Assembly (NCBI GenBank): GCA_039090665.1
Contig: JAWCSL010000001.1
Coordinates: forward strand, 1 to 64,000
DNA from: Candidatus Aenigmatarchaeota archaeon
GTDB lineage: Archaea; Aenigmatarchaeota; Aenigmatarchaeia; CG10238-14; SCSR01
Direction: 5' to 3'
Length of the DNA stretch: 64,000 bases
The notes below the pieces were generated by a model, which ran no database searches, was not told the DNA's origin, and was given only the letters and a program-made list of their open reading frames with translations. Of the stretch, positions 30,244 through 40,082 are shown one piece after another. The stretch's first letter is position 1, and each line of letters begins with the position of its first letter. The translations under genes and the position numbers were made by a program.

Positions 30244-31158
30244 TCATTCCAGAAATTCAACATCATCAATTATACCGTCAGCATCTCTATCTATGCCTTT
30301 AACAACTCTAGCAAAGCCACCATTAAGCTTGTTACCTTCAGCAACTTTTTTTGAATATTTGACCATGGCAACTATTGCTGCTCTCGTTCCTTTGAACCTT
30401 CTTCCTGACAAGACCAATACTTTCTTTCCTTTTGCAAAAGGACTTTCAGTTTTGACTATTATGCCAACATCATCTTCAGTGTAAATGTTTTTTGAAAAAG
30501 ATGAAACTATGTTAAAATCGTGTTTTGTGTCAAAATATATTGGCAACTTATCGTTAATTCTATCTATCAAAATGTTAGCTTTTGGTCCACCAATCAAGAT
30601 TAAATTTTTTTGAAGATCTTCTTCCCTGACTTGAGTATCTATCTTGTAATTTAGAGTTGAAGATTCCAAAAAAGTACCCAAGAAAAGAGCCAAGTCTATA
30701 GCAGCACTACCATCAGAAGCTTGAGCTCCATATTTTCCATGTGGGTCTGGCGAACCAACAACAATAAGAGCATTTAACTTGCCTTTTTGAAGGAAAGGAG
30801 TCAAGAATTCCAACTCTTTTACCCTTGTTTTCATCTCCAGAGCTTCTGAATCAAACAACTTTACTGCAACATAAGGACAAGGAACAGAATAAATTTTTGC
30901 CACTGCTCCTACCCTTTCAACTCTTTTTTCCAATTTCACTATCCCGGCTTTCTCCAACTTTCTCAAATGATAGTATATTTTTTGCTCATGCTGCTTAAGC
31001 TTCCTTGCTATATCCATCGCACAACTAGGCTTTTTTGAAAGTTCTTGTAAAATCTTCATGGAAAGCTCATTGCTCAAAACTTTCAAATTTTTTGGCTCTA
31101 CAACTAAGCTCTTAAAAACCTTTTCTCCCTCTTTTCCTTCCTCCACAAAGTAAGGCAT
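30244..31158 (-). CDS. ArsR-type wHTH regulator with C-terminal extra domain
   Basis: N-terminal HTH (QKIYYHLRKLEKAGIV); C-terminal NLILIGGPKAN domain; divergent from glmS. Confidence 0.7.
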   Translation of the reverse strand: MPYFVEEGKEGEKVFKSLVVEPKNLKVLSNELSMKILQELSKKPSCAMDIARKLKQHEQKIYYHLRKLEKAGIVKLEKRVERVGAVAKIYSVPCPYVAVKLFDSEALEMKTRVKELEFLTPFLQKGKLNALIVVGSPDPHGKYGAQASDGSAAIDLALFLGTFLESSTLNYKIDTQVREEDLQKNLILIGGPKANILIDRINDKLPIYFDTKHDFNIVSSFSKNIYTEDDVGIIVKTESPFAKGKKVLVLSGRRFKGTRAAIVAMVKYSKKVAEGNKLNGGFARVVKGIDRDADGIIDDVEFLE

Positions 31159-31321
31159 ATTTTTTAATAATTTTTTAATGTTATAAAGTTTTTTATAATG
31201 GTTTAAAGTTTTTAAACCCTTTTTTTCTTCTCGAATTCAAACCATTCAACAAAAAATTTTAGGTTTGTTTTTTATGCTATGCTCTCAATTTATTTTATTG
31301 GTTTTTGAGAGGAGCGAGAAG

Positions 31322-31651
31322 ATGAGAATTCAAGAAATTTTCAAGAAGTACGACATAAGGGGCTTATTTCCAGAAGAAATCAATTCAAGAGTTGCTTTCA
31401 AGCTTGGAAGAGCTTTTGGAAGTTTTCTTGGCAAAGGTAAAAAAATTGTGGTTGGAAGAGACAACAGGAAAAGCAGCGCGCTACTGAAAAATTCTCTTGT
31501 TGATGGTTTGATTTTAAGTGGTTGTGATGTTATTGACATAGGTCTTTCAACACCAGATATGGTCGATTGGGGTACAAAGAGCTTGAAAGCTGACGAGAGA
31601 GCTGATTTTGAAATCAATAAATTCGACGAGATTATTACATTACTTTTTTGA
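31322..31651 (+). pseudogene. truncated phosphomannomutase N-terminal fragment
   Basis: IFKKYDIRG, VVGRDNR, DIGLSTP, then diverges before TASHNP. Confidence 0.75.
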
Positions 31652-31662
31652 TGGTAGATTTT

Positions 31663-33432
31663 ATGTGTGGAATTATTGGATACTTTGGTAAAAAAGAGGC
31701 CTCACCCATTTTATTCAAGGGGCTAAAAATGCTTGAGTATAGAGGCTATGATTCTGCTGGTATGGCCATTTTGGGTCCTAGTGGAATAAAAATAAAAAAA
31801 GGTGTTGGAAAAGTAGATGAAGTGTTTTTTAATTTTAACTTCAAAGATTTTCCTGGAAATATAGGCATAGCTCATACTAGATGGGCAACACACGGAAAAG
31901 TTACAATAGAGAATGCACATCCACACTTATCAAATAACAGAAAAATTGCTGTAGTTCACAATGGTATAATTGAGAATTATCAAGAACTTAAAAAATTCCT
32001 TGAAATAAATGGTTTTACTTTTTACAGTGAAACTGATACAGAAGTTATCCCAAACCTCATAGAATATGAAATGAGAAAAAATAAAAATTTTGAAGAAGCA
32101 TGTAAAGATGCTTTCAAAGTTTTGGAAGGGAATTATGCAATTATTGCCATTCATGAAGACGAAAATAAAATCATAGCAGCAAGAAGCGGCTCCCCTTTAG
32201 TTATAGGCGTGGGAAATAATGAATACTTTGTTGCAAGCGATATTCCATCTTTTTTAGAATTCACACCAAATGTTATCTATTTGCATGATAAAGATTTTGT
32301 TGTAATTGGTGAAGAACTCAAATTCTTTAATCTTGTTGAAGGAAAAGAGGTAAAGAGAGAGATCAAAAGTGTTGAATGGAGTATAGAAGAAGTAAAAAAA
32401 GGAAATTTTGAACATTACATGCTTAAGGAAATTTCAGAACAAGTTGAAACTATCCAAAGAGCCATAAATCAAGATGAAAAAATTTTAAGAGAAGTTGCTA
32501 AGAAAATTAAAGAAGCTGACAGAGTTTTTTTAATTGGGTGTGGAACTTCTTACCATGCATGCCTTACAGGAAGTTACCTTTTTTCTAAGATAGCAAAAAT
32601 GCATATAAATCCTGTTTTAGCTTCAGAATTCCCAAATTATGAAAACTTCCTAACAGAAAAAACCCTTGTTATAGCGATTTCACAAAGCGGTGAAACAGCA
32701 GATGTTTTGGAAGCTGTAAAAACTGCGAAGAAGAGGGGAAGCAAAATAATTTCAATTGTCAATGTTATTAATTCTTCATTGCATAGAGATTCGGATCAAG
32801 CTCTGTTGATGAATGCAGGCCCAGAAATTTGTGTTTTATCAACGAAAACTTATACATCTCAACTAGCCATTCTAACACTTCTAGCTTATACCTTAGCCGA
32901 AAAATATGAAGAAGGTAAGAAAAAACTAAGGTATTTATGGAATTTGATTTATAATCTAACTTCCGAAAGCACAAGAGAACATATAAAGAAGCTTGCTGAA
33001 AAATTAAAAGACAAAGAACATTTGTTTTTGATAGGAAGAGGCTTGCAATATCCCACTGCCTTGGAAGCTGCCTTAAAAATAAAGGAAGTTTCTTACATTC
33101 ATGCAGAAGCTTTTTCTGGTGGTGAACTCAAGCATGGAAACATTGCTTTGATAGAAGAAAACACTCCTTGCATAGTTTTTGTTTCAGAAGAAAATGAGAA
33201 AGAAATTCTTTTAAATGCTCACGAAATTAAAGCAAGAGGAGGATATATAATTGGTGTTTCCCCTAAAAACAATGAAATTTTTGATTTTTGGATAAAAGTT
33301 CCTGAGGTAGGAGAAACCAATCCCATATGTCAAATAATACCGATTCAAATCCTTGCTTATCAGTTGGCTGTTTTAAGAGGTTACGATCCTGACCATCCTC
33401 GCAACTTGGCAAAATCTGTGACTGTAAAATGA
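31663..33432 (+). CDS. glmS: glutamine--fructose-6-phosphate aminotransferase
   Basis: MCGIIG, HTRWATHG, PRNLAKSVTV. Confidence 0.97.
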   Translation: MCGIIGYFGKKEASPILFKGLKMLEYRGYDSAGMAILGPSGIKIKKGVGKVDEVFFNFNFKDFPGNIGIAHTRWATHGKVTIENAHPHLSNNRKIAVVHNGIIENYQELKKFLEINGFTFYSETDTEVIPNLIEYEMRKNKNFEEACKDAFKVLEGNYAIIAIHEDENKIIAARSGSPLVIGVGNNEYFVASDIPSFLEFTPNVIYLHDKDFVVIGEELKFFNLVEGKEVKREIKSVEWSIEEVKKGNFEHYMLKEISEQVETIQRAINQDEKILREVAKKIKEADRVFLIGCGTSYHACLTGSYLFSKIAKMHINPVLASEFPNYENFLTEKTLVIAISQSGETADVLEAVKTAKKRGSKIISIVNVINSSLHRDSDQALLMNAGPEICVLSTKTYTSQLAILTLLAYTLAEKYEEGKKKLRYLWNLIYNLTSESTREHIKKLAEKLKDKEHLFLIGRGLQYPTALEAALKIKEVSYIHAEAFSGGELKHGNIALIEENTPCIVFVSEENEKEILLNAHEIKARGGYIIGVSPKNNEIFDFWIKVPEVGETNPICQIIPIQILAYQLAVLRGYDPDHPRNLAKSVTVK

Positions 33433-33501
33433 GCCAATTTTAAAAGAACAGCAAAACATTCCATTATTTAAACATAAATCAAAAATAATTAAGTGGTTAG
33501 T

Positions 33502-34428
33502 ATGAGGCCTGTGAAAGATTTTTCAATTGATAGAAAAACTTCTCTGAATGAATTATTCAAACAAATGAAAAGCTCAGGAGGCTTTAGTGCCAAAAATCTT
33601 TCAATTTCAGTAGAAATATTGGAAAGAATGATTAAAGATGAGAAATGTTTAAAATTTCTTTCTTTTCCTGCATGTATAATTGCAACAGGCACAAGAGGAA
33701 TAATAAAAGATTTTGTTAAGAGAAAATGGTTTGATGTTGTTATAACAACTTGTGGAACTTTAGATCATGATTTGGCAAGAAGCTACAAAGACTATTACCA
33801 TGGAACTTTTTTTGTTGACGACTCTGAGCTACACAAAAAAGGAATTCACAGGCTAGGAAATGTTTTCGTACCAAAAGAATCTTACGGCATGATAATTGAA
33901 GAGAAGATGAGAGAATTCTTGAAAGAAATCTATTCTCAAAAAAAAGAATTCTCAACACATGAGCTTATTTGGGAATTGGGCAAAAGAATAAACAACAAAA
34001 ATTCAATACTTTTCTGGGCCTGGAAAAACAAAATTCCTGTCATCGTGCCTGGAATAACAGATGGTGCGGTTGGATACCAGCTTTGGCAATTTTGGCAAGA
34101 TCACAAAGATTTTAAGATAAATGAATTGTTTGATGAACAGCTTTTAAGCGATATTGTGTGGAAAGCAAAGAAAACAGGAGCTTTGGTTATAGGAGGAGGA
34201 ATTTCTAAGCATCATGTAATTTGGTGGAATCAATTCAAAGAAGGTTTGGATTATGCAGTTTACATCACAACAGCAGTTGAGTGGGACGGAAGCTTAAGTG
34301 GAGCAAGAACAAGAGAAGCAATATCTTGGGGGAAAATTAAAGAGAGAGCAAAACATGTTACTGTAGAAGGAGATGCAACTGTTTACTTGCCTTTAATTTA
34401 TTCAGCTCTATTAGAAAGAATTAAATGA
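33502..34428 (+). CDS. dys: deoxyhypusine synthase
   Basis: GGGISKH, DGSLSGA..EAISWGK. Confidence 0.95.
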   Translation: MRPVKDFSIDRKTSLNELFKQMKSSGGFSAKNLSISVEILERMIKDEKCLKFLSFPACIIATGTRGIIKDFVKRKWFDVVITTCGTLDHDLARSYKDYYHGTFFVDDSELHKKGIHRLGNVFVPKESYGMIIEEKMREFLKEIYSQKKEFSTHELIWELGKRINNKNSILFWAWKNKIPVIVPGITDGAVGYQLWQFWQDHKDFKINELFDEQLLSDIVWKAKKTGALVIGGGISKHHVIWWNQFKEGLDYAVYITTAVEWDGSLSGARTREAISWGKIKERAKHVTVEGDATVYLPLIYSALLERIK

Positions 34429-35104
34429 GGCCAAGATTTTTTAGCTTGTTAACAATTTCTTCAACAATTTCATCAACTGCCTTGTTCATCCAAACTTCTA
34501 TGAAAGGAATTTTCTCTTTCTTGTAATATTCTATCAGTGGGAAAGTTTGTTGGTTGTAAATTTTGAGCCTCTCTCTCACAATTTCCGGCTTATCATCATC
34601 TCTTTGAACAAGAGGAGAGCCACACTTATCGCAAACCATATCATTCTTCGGCAAAAGTGGTGGTAATTTGTATTCTATACCACCTATAACTTTTTGAATG
34701 TTTGCTATGTTGTAATTTCCATCACATTTAGGGTTTGAACAGATTCTCCTAGCACAAATTTTTTCTACAAGAATTTCTTCATGACAATTGATTAAAATTA
34801 TGGCATCTATTTTTACCATTTCTTTCAAGGCTTCAGCTTGTTTTATTGTTCTAGGAAAGCCATCTAAAATGAAATTTTCCTTACCTTCAATTTCTTTTTT
34901 AACCACTTCTATCACAATTTCATCCGGAACTATTTCACCTTTTTTCACATAATTTTCAACCATTTTCCCAAGCAAGCTGCCTTCTTTCATGGCAGCCCTG
35001 AAAATTTCTCCTGTAGAAATTCTTTCTATACCATACCTTTCTTTCAGTCTTGAAGAGTAAGTTCCTTTACCAGAGCCCGGTGGTCCAAAAATTATAAGCT
35101 TCAT
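34421..35104 (-). CDS. adk: adenylate kinase, bacterial/long type with Zn lid
   Basis: GPPGSGKGT, LDGFPRT, Cys-rich lid, QRDDD. Confidence 0.92.
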   Translation of the reverse strand: MKLIIFGPPGSGKGTYSSRLKERYGIERISTGEIFRAAMKEGSLLGKMVENYVKKGEIVPDEIVIEVVKKEIEGKENFILDGFPRTIKQAEALKEMVKIDAIILINCHEEILVEKICARRICSNPKCDGNYNIANIQKVIGGIEYKLPPLLPKNDMVCDKCGSPLVQRDDDKPEIVRERLKIYNQQTFPLIEYYKKEKIPFIEVWMNKAVDEIVEEIVNKLKNLGLI

Positions 35105-35685
35105 TTCATCAATCCCACTAACTTAACTATTTCTTCAGCTCCTTTAATTGCTTGTTCAAATGGTTTTTTCTCTTTAAACCTTAAATCAATTATCTTTACA
35201 GGACATTCAAAAACACTGGCAACATCAAGAGCAACAGTTCTGTTCACAGTTTGATGCTCTTCTATTTCTTGCAAAGTTTCTATGTCTCTTTTTCTGTTTT
35301 TATCTTTTATTCTCCTTTTCAAAACATCTTTTGGATCAAATTCTAACAATATTATCATGTCGGGCTTCATGAGCTTCATAGTCTTTTCAGACAAAGCATG
35401 AAAATAACCATAAGGAGTTTTAATTGTGACATGTGTGTTTATGAACAAAACCTTATCTTTCATCTTACCAATTTTCTTAGCAACTTTTTCTTGAATTTCT
35501 CTTTGTTGCTCCAAGGTCAATTTTTTTCTAAGCTCGTCTCTATCCCTTATTCCATATTTTTTAGAAGCGATTTCAAGATATAAATCACCAGCCGTTACAA
35601 TTTTTGCTTTTGGTAACATTTTCTTAACATATTCTAAAACAGTACTTTTTCCACCACCAGGCACTGCAGTTACAAGTATCTTCAT
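35101..35685 (-). CDS. adkA: adenylate kinase, archaeal type
   Basis: VPGGGKST, RDELRK, TH..IKTP.GY. Confidence 0.85.
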   Translation of the reverse strand: MKILVTAVPGGGKSTVLEYVKKMLPKAKIVTAGDLYLEIASKKYGIRDRDELRKKLTLEQQREIQEKVAKKIGKMKDKVLFINTHVTIKTPYGYFHALSEKTMKLMKPDMIILLEFDPKDVLKRRIKDKNRKRDIETLQEIEEHQTVNRTVALDVASVFECPVKIIDLRFKEKKPFEQAIKGAEEIVKLVGLMK

Positions 35686-35744
35686 TAAAATCTTAAAAAT
35701 TATTTTTGTTTTCATTTAGATATAATATAACAGGCTAGTAACAA

Positions 35745-35851
35745 GCTGGCGTGGATTAGCCTGGCTAAATCGCGGCGCTCATAGCATCTATGAGCTTTGA
35801 TAAAGGATGAAAGAAACGCCGAGATCGCGGGTTCAAATCCCGCCGCCAGCA
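35745..35851 (+). tRNA. tRNA-Met(CAT), probably elongator, with 32-nt intron at 37/38 (35784-35815)
   Basis: acceptor GCTGGCG/CGCCAGC; anticodon arm CGGCG-CTCATA^A-CGCCG; GGTTCAAATCC T-arm. Confidence 0.9.
35784..35815 (+). ncRNA. tRNA-Met intron carrying a box D'/C' guide for C34
   Basis: CTATGAGC pairs with GCTCATAG (35777-84); TTGA and ATGAAAG boxes; N+5 = C34. Confidence 0.75.
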
Positions 35852-35920
35852 TTAGTTTTCTAAGTATCTCCCTAGTTTAGTTTAGGAACATATATAATCT
35901 TTCTCAACCAACAGAAAATT

Positions 35921-37066
35921 GTGAAAGAACCTAAAACTAGAATAGGAATATGTGAATACCATTTGTGTAAAAAGAAAACAAAAGTTTTCTTGTGTAAGTA
36001 TTGTGGAAAGTATTTTTGCAAAAAACACATACAACCGAAACCTGTTTTAAGTTTGAGACAAGTTTCCACTGCTAAAGAACCTTTAAGAAGTAAGTTGGAA
36101 AAAATATGGAGAAGTGAAAAAGGACACCCTGATTCTAATTTTACACCAATATTCTGGAGAAGGTTTGAAAAAGAAGAGAAACTCAAACTAGAAATAATGT
36201 GGGACACATTAAACAAGTTAAAAGAATTGAAAAAATTGGAAAGAGTTGATCTTATGGAAACCAAATCAGTCAAAGAAACTCGTACACAAACAAACAGTGA
36301 TATTAAAATCAAAAATACTTTGACAGTCCTAACTTTAATAATTGTTTTCATTATTTTGGCTTTGTTTGTCATAAATTTACCCACAGGAAACCTTTCTGAA
36401 AATCATACGTTCATCTCAGAAAATATAATACAAACTACTTCCACCACATTAAAGATCACATTAGAAAAGGAAGAAAGTAAAAAGTACTTTGTAGATTTAA
36501 ATTTTTCTACCCCTTTCCCCAGGCTTAATAAAACTTTTTTAATCAATAACTTTTATTCCGTTTATATTAACGATTCTCTTTTGAAAATAATAGATCCAAA
36601 TTGTACCGACTTTTGTAACAAGAGCATAGAAGCTGTCAAAAAAGCATTTAAAATATGGGAAGAAGAAATCAAATTAATCGATTTCGAGTTTGTAGGAGTT
36701 GAAAAAAATCATACAATCTATGTCGAGATAACAGCAGAAATGCCTATTGATGTAGTAGAAAAAGAATTTGTTTCTTATGCTGTAGGTTATACTATACCTT
36801 ACGGCTACGAATGTGGAAACTATGTGTTTGTAAAGGGAGGGAAGATTTACCTTTCACCTAAGAAAGAACAACACTTACTCAAAATTGCCATGCACGAGAT
36901 AGGTCATATTTTGAATCTGGCTGATGTTGGGAACAAAGATTCTATAATGTGTAAGTGGAGTGAAGAAGAAATAGTCTCTGAAGAAGAGTTGAGAAAAAGT
37001 ATAAACCAGGAAATAAAAGAAACTTTGAAAATGATTGTCAAACCAGAGTATGATTGTGGAGTTTAA
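35921..37066 (+). CDS. AN1-like zinc finger + TM helix + matrixin-like metallopeptidase
   Basis: CKYCGKYFCKKH; hydrophobic span; HEIGHILNL and SIM Met-turn. Confidence 0.75.
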   Translation: MKEPKTRIGICEYHLCKKKTKVFLCKYCGKYFCKKHIQPKPVLSLRQVSTAKEPLRSKLEKIWRSEKGHPDSNFTPIFWRRFEKEEKLKLEIMWDTLNKLKELKKLERVDLMETKSVKETRTQTNSDIKIKNTLTVLTLIIVFIILALFVINLPTGNLSENHTFISENIIQTTSTTLKITLEKEESKKYFVDLNFSTPFPRLNKTFLINNFYSVYINDSLLKIIDPNCTDFCNKSIEAVKKAFKIWEEEIKLIDFEFVGVEKNHTIYVEITAEMPIDVVEKEFVSYAVGYTIPYGYECGNYVFVKGGKIYLSPKKEQHLLKIAMHEIGHILNLADVGNKDSIMCKWSEEEIVSEEELRKSINQEIKETLKMIVKPEYDCGV

Positions 37067-37136
37067 GGAGTGGATCTTAAAAAACAGTTGATTTTTAAAA
37101 CTTTCAAAATAAAAATAAATTAAACCGGTGTTGAGT

Positions 37137-37355
37137 ATGGTAGAGTTAACACCAGAAGAAACAAAAGTAGTTGAGGCGATGAAATCTTTGAAAGCGATAG
37201 CAGAAGACAAGATAAAAGATGCAGATCAAATAGCAAAAGCCGCGATGATGCCAAAAGGTAAAGTTGCGAACATTCTTTTGAGTTTGGTCAACAAGAAGGT
37301 CGTCAAAAGAGTTGCAAGAGAAAAGGCAGCAGGCTACTATTTACTTCAATCTTGA
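37137..37355 (+). CDS. small winged-helix protein
   Basis: ADQIAKAAMMPKGKVANILLSLVNKKVVKR...YYL. Confidence 0.75.
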   Translation: MVELTPEETKVVEAMKSLKAIAEDKIKDADQIAKAAMMPKGKVANILLSLVNKKVVKRVAREKAAGYYLLQS

Positions 37356-37400
37356 CAAAACTTGATTTTTCAATTGAATTTTGTTTAGTGGTATTTCTAG

Positions 37401-37473
37401 GGCCAAGGTCGGGATTCGAACCCGAACAAAGGGCTCCACAGGCCCTTGTGCTAACCGTTACACCACCTTGGCC
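37401..37473 (-). tRNA. tRNA-His(GTG), genomically encoded G-1
   Basis: minus strand GGCCAAGG...AGGGC-CTGTGGA-GCCCT...GGTTCGAATCC...CCTTGGCC. Confidence 0.95.
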
Positions 37474-37474
37474 A

Positions 37475-38614
37475 TTAATAAAATTCTATCTCAACTTCTT
37501 TTAATGCTTTTTCTATCATTTCCTTAATATTTAACTTTTCTTCAAATTTTTTCACAAGCTTAAAATTTCCGGCAGCGCTGGCATGTTTTGGTGTGAATAA
37601 GGTGCAACAATCTTCTTGCGGTTTAATTGAAATATCATAAGTTCCAATTTTTTTCGCCAAATTAATTATTTCTTCTTTATCCATTCCAATCAAAGGTCTC
37701 AAAATTGGCAAGCTCGTAACCTCTTCTATTATTTTCAAATTTTTCAAAGTTTGTGAACTAACTTGAGCTAGACTCTCACCAGTTACTATTCCTTCACAAT
37801 TTTCTTTTTCTGCAATCCTTTCTGCAATTCTTAACATCATCCTTCGATAAAGTAAAATTCTGTAGTTTGGTTCAGTGCAAGCCTTAATTTTCATTTGGAT
37901 TTCATGAAAAGGAATGAAATAAACTTTAAGTCTAGGTTGATAATTCAAGAAAATTTTTGCCAGCTCTTTAACTTTTTGGATGCTTGAATTTGAAACTAGT
38001 GGAAAGCTGTGGAAATGTAGCCAAATGTTTTCAGAACCACGCTTTGCAATCAAATAGCTTGCTACAGGCGAATCAATTCCACCAGAAATTAAAGCTAGAG
38101 CTTTCCCGCCTGTACCAACAGGCAAACCCCCCTTACCTTTTTTCTTTTTAAAGTAAATAAACCATCCTGTTTTCCTTGCTTCTAAGAACAATTCAACATC
38201 CGGCTTTTCCAAATCAACTTTTCTTTCAATCTTGCTTGCAACTTTTCTGATTATTTCTTCACTACTTTCTTTCAAATTCCCTTTCTTTAGCCTTATTGCA
38301 AAAGTTTGTTTTTTCTCTATCCATTTTTCATAATTTTCTTTAACAAATTCCAAAACCTCTTGTAAATTGCCTTCTAAAAAAATTGCCTTAGCAAACCAAG
38401 AAATCCCAAAAACATTTTTAATGATTTTCTCCGCTTTTTTTGTTTCGCTTGTTTCAACAAAAATTCTCTCTCTTGAAGGAAAAATCTTAAACTTCAATTT
38501 TGCTACTTTAAGTGAAAGGGAAATGTTTTGAATAAGCTTTTGCAGAAAAATGCTCCTAACTCTTTCAGATTTCAAGAAAAGCTCACCAAATGCTATTAGA
38601 ATTCCTTCTTTCAT
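37475..38614 (-). CDS. thiI: tRNA 4-thiouridine synthase
   Basis: GELFLKS THUMP domain; SGGIDS PP-loop; GESLAQVSSQT; EDCC. Confidence 0.95.
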   Translation of the reverse strand: MKEGILIAFGELFLKSERVRSIFLQKLIQNISLSLKVAKLKFKIFPSRERIFVETSETKKAEKIIKNVFGISWFAKAIFLEGNLQEVLEFVKENYEKWIEKKQTFAIRLKKGNLKESSEEIIRKVASKIERKVDLEKPDVELFLEARKTGWFIYFKKKKGKGGLPVGTGGKALALISGGIDSPVASYLIAKRGSENIWLHFHSFPLVSNSSIQKVKELAKIFLNYQPRLKVYFIPFHEIQMKIKACTEPNYRILLYRRMMLRIAERIAEKENCEGIVTGESLAQVSSQTLKNLKIIEEVTSLPILRPLIGMDKEEIINLAKKIGTYDISIKPQEDCCTLFTPKHASAAGNFKLVKKFEEKLNIKEMIEKALKEVEIEFY

Positions 38615-38687
38615 TTTCCCAATTTAGATTAGTTTTTCTTAAATTTTAAGGTAAAGAAACCAGAAAATGAAAATTTCATTTACAAAA

Positions 38688-38703
38688 CAAAAACACTTAA
38701 ATA
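38688..38703 (+). promoter_or_regulatory. BRE/TATA promoter of the 16S unit
   Basis: A-rich BRE followed by CTTAAATA ~170 nt upstream of the 16S. Confidence 0.55.
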
Positions 38704-39603
38704 TACTGAGTTATATTATTTATTTGCTCATGGGTCTTGGCGTTGGGCTTTTGATCAAGTCAAACAAGACATGAGATGAAATAGCCTATTCTGACTCATG
38801 AGATATTGGCCTGAAGTGAAAGAGCTTCAGGTAGGTTGATTGGTGAAACCTAGAGGTAGGGCCCGCCAATTCTGGTTGATCCCGCCAGAGGCCACTGCTA
38901 TCCGGCTTCGACTAAGCCATGCGAGTCGAGAGGGGAAAGCCCTCGGCGCACTGCTCCGTAATACACAGTCAACCTACCCTTAGCTGGGGGATAATCCCGG
39001 GAAACTGGGGCTAATACCCCATAGGTGCTAGGTACTGGAAGGTCCTAGCGCCGAAAGCTCCGGCGGCTAAGGATGGGACTGTGGCCTATCAGCTTGTTGT
39101 GGAGGTAAAGGCTCCACAAGGCGATAACGGGTACGGGCTATGGAAGTAGGAGCCCGGAGATGGACTCTGAGACATGAGTCCAGGTACTACGGTACGCAGC
39201 AGGCGCGAAAACTTCTCAATGCTCGCAAGAGCGAAGAGGGAAGCCGGAGTGCCCTTGCTCTGCAAGGGCTTTTGCGGTCTGAAAACGGGACCGCGAATAA
39301 GGGGTGGGTAAGACGGGTGCCAGCCGCCGCGGTAATACCCGCGCCCCGAGTGGTGGCCACGATTATTGGGCCTAAAGCGTCCGTAGCCGGTCTGGTAAGT
39401 CCTCAGTGAAATCCTCTAGCAAACTAGAGGGCTTGCTGGGGATACTGCCAGACTTGAGACTGGGAGGGGGCAGGGGTACTCCCAGGGTAGGGGTGAAATC
39501 CTGTAATCCTGGGGGGACCACCTGTGGCGAAGGCGCCTGCCTGGAACAGGTCTGACGGTGAGGGACGAAAGCTAGGGGAGCGATCGGGATTAGATACCCC
39601 GGT

Positions 39604-39682
39604 ACACGAGGTTGGGTATCTTCTGATTTAAAGATGAAGAAAAATCCCAACTCAAGCTAGGATTTCCTAACTCGTGCGGGAA
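39604..39682 (+). ncRNA. 16S BHB intron 1 (after Ec U801) with K-loop and antisense elements
   Basis: CCCG/CGGG helix, GTA and AAA bulges; removal restores GATACCCCGGTAGTCC. Confidence 0.9.
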
Positions 39683-40082
39683 AGTCCTAGCCGTAAACGA
39701 TGCCCGCTTGGTGTTGCAAGCTTCTCGGGAGCTTGCAGTGCCGAAGCGTAGGTGTTAAGCGGGCCGCCTGGGGAGTACGCCCGCAAGGGTGAAACTTAAG
39801 GGAATTGGCGGGGGAGCACACAAGGGGTGGGCGTTGCGGTTCAATTGGATTCAACGCCGGAAATCTTACCAGGGCCGACGGCAGGATGAAGGTCAGTCTG
39901 AAGGGCTTACCAGACGAGCCGAGAGGTGGTGCATGGCCATCGTCAGCTCGTACCGTGAGGCGTGCGCTTAAGTGCGTTAACGAGCGAGACCCACACCCCA
40001 TGTTGCTAACTGCTTCTCCGGAAGCAGTGCACTCATGGGGGACCGCTGGCGATAAGCCAGAGGAAGGAGTGGGCGACGGTAG

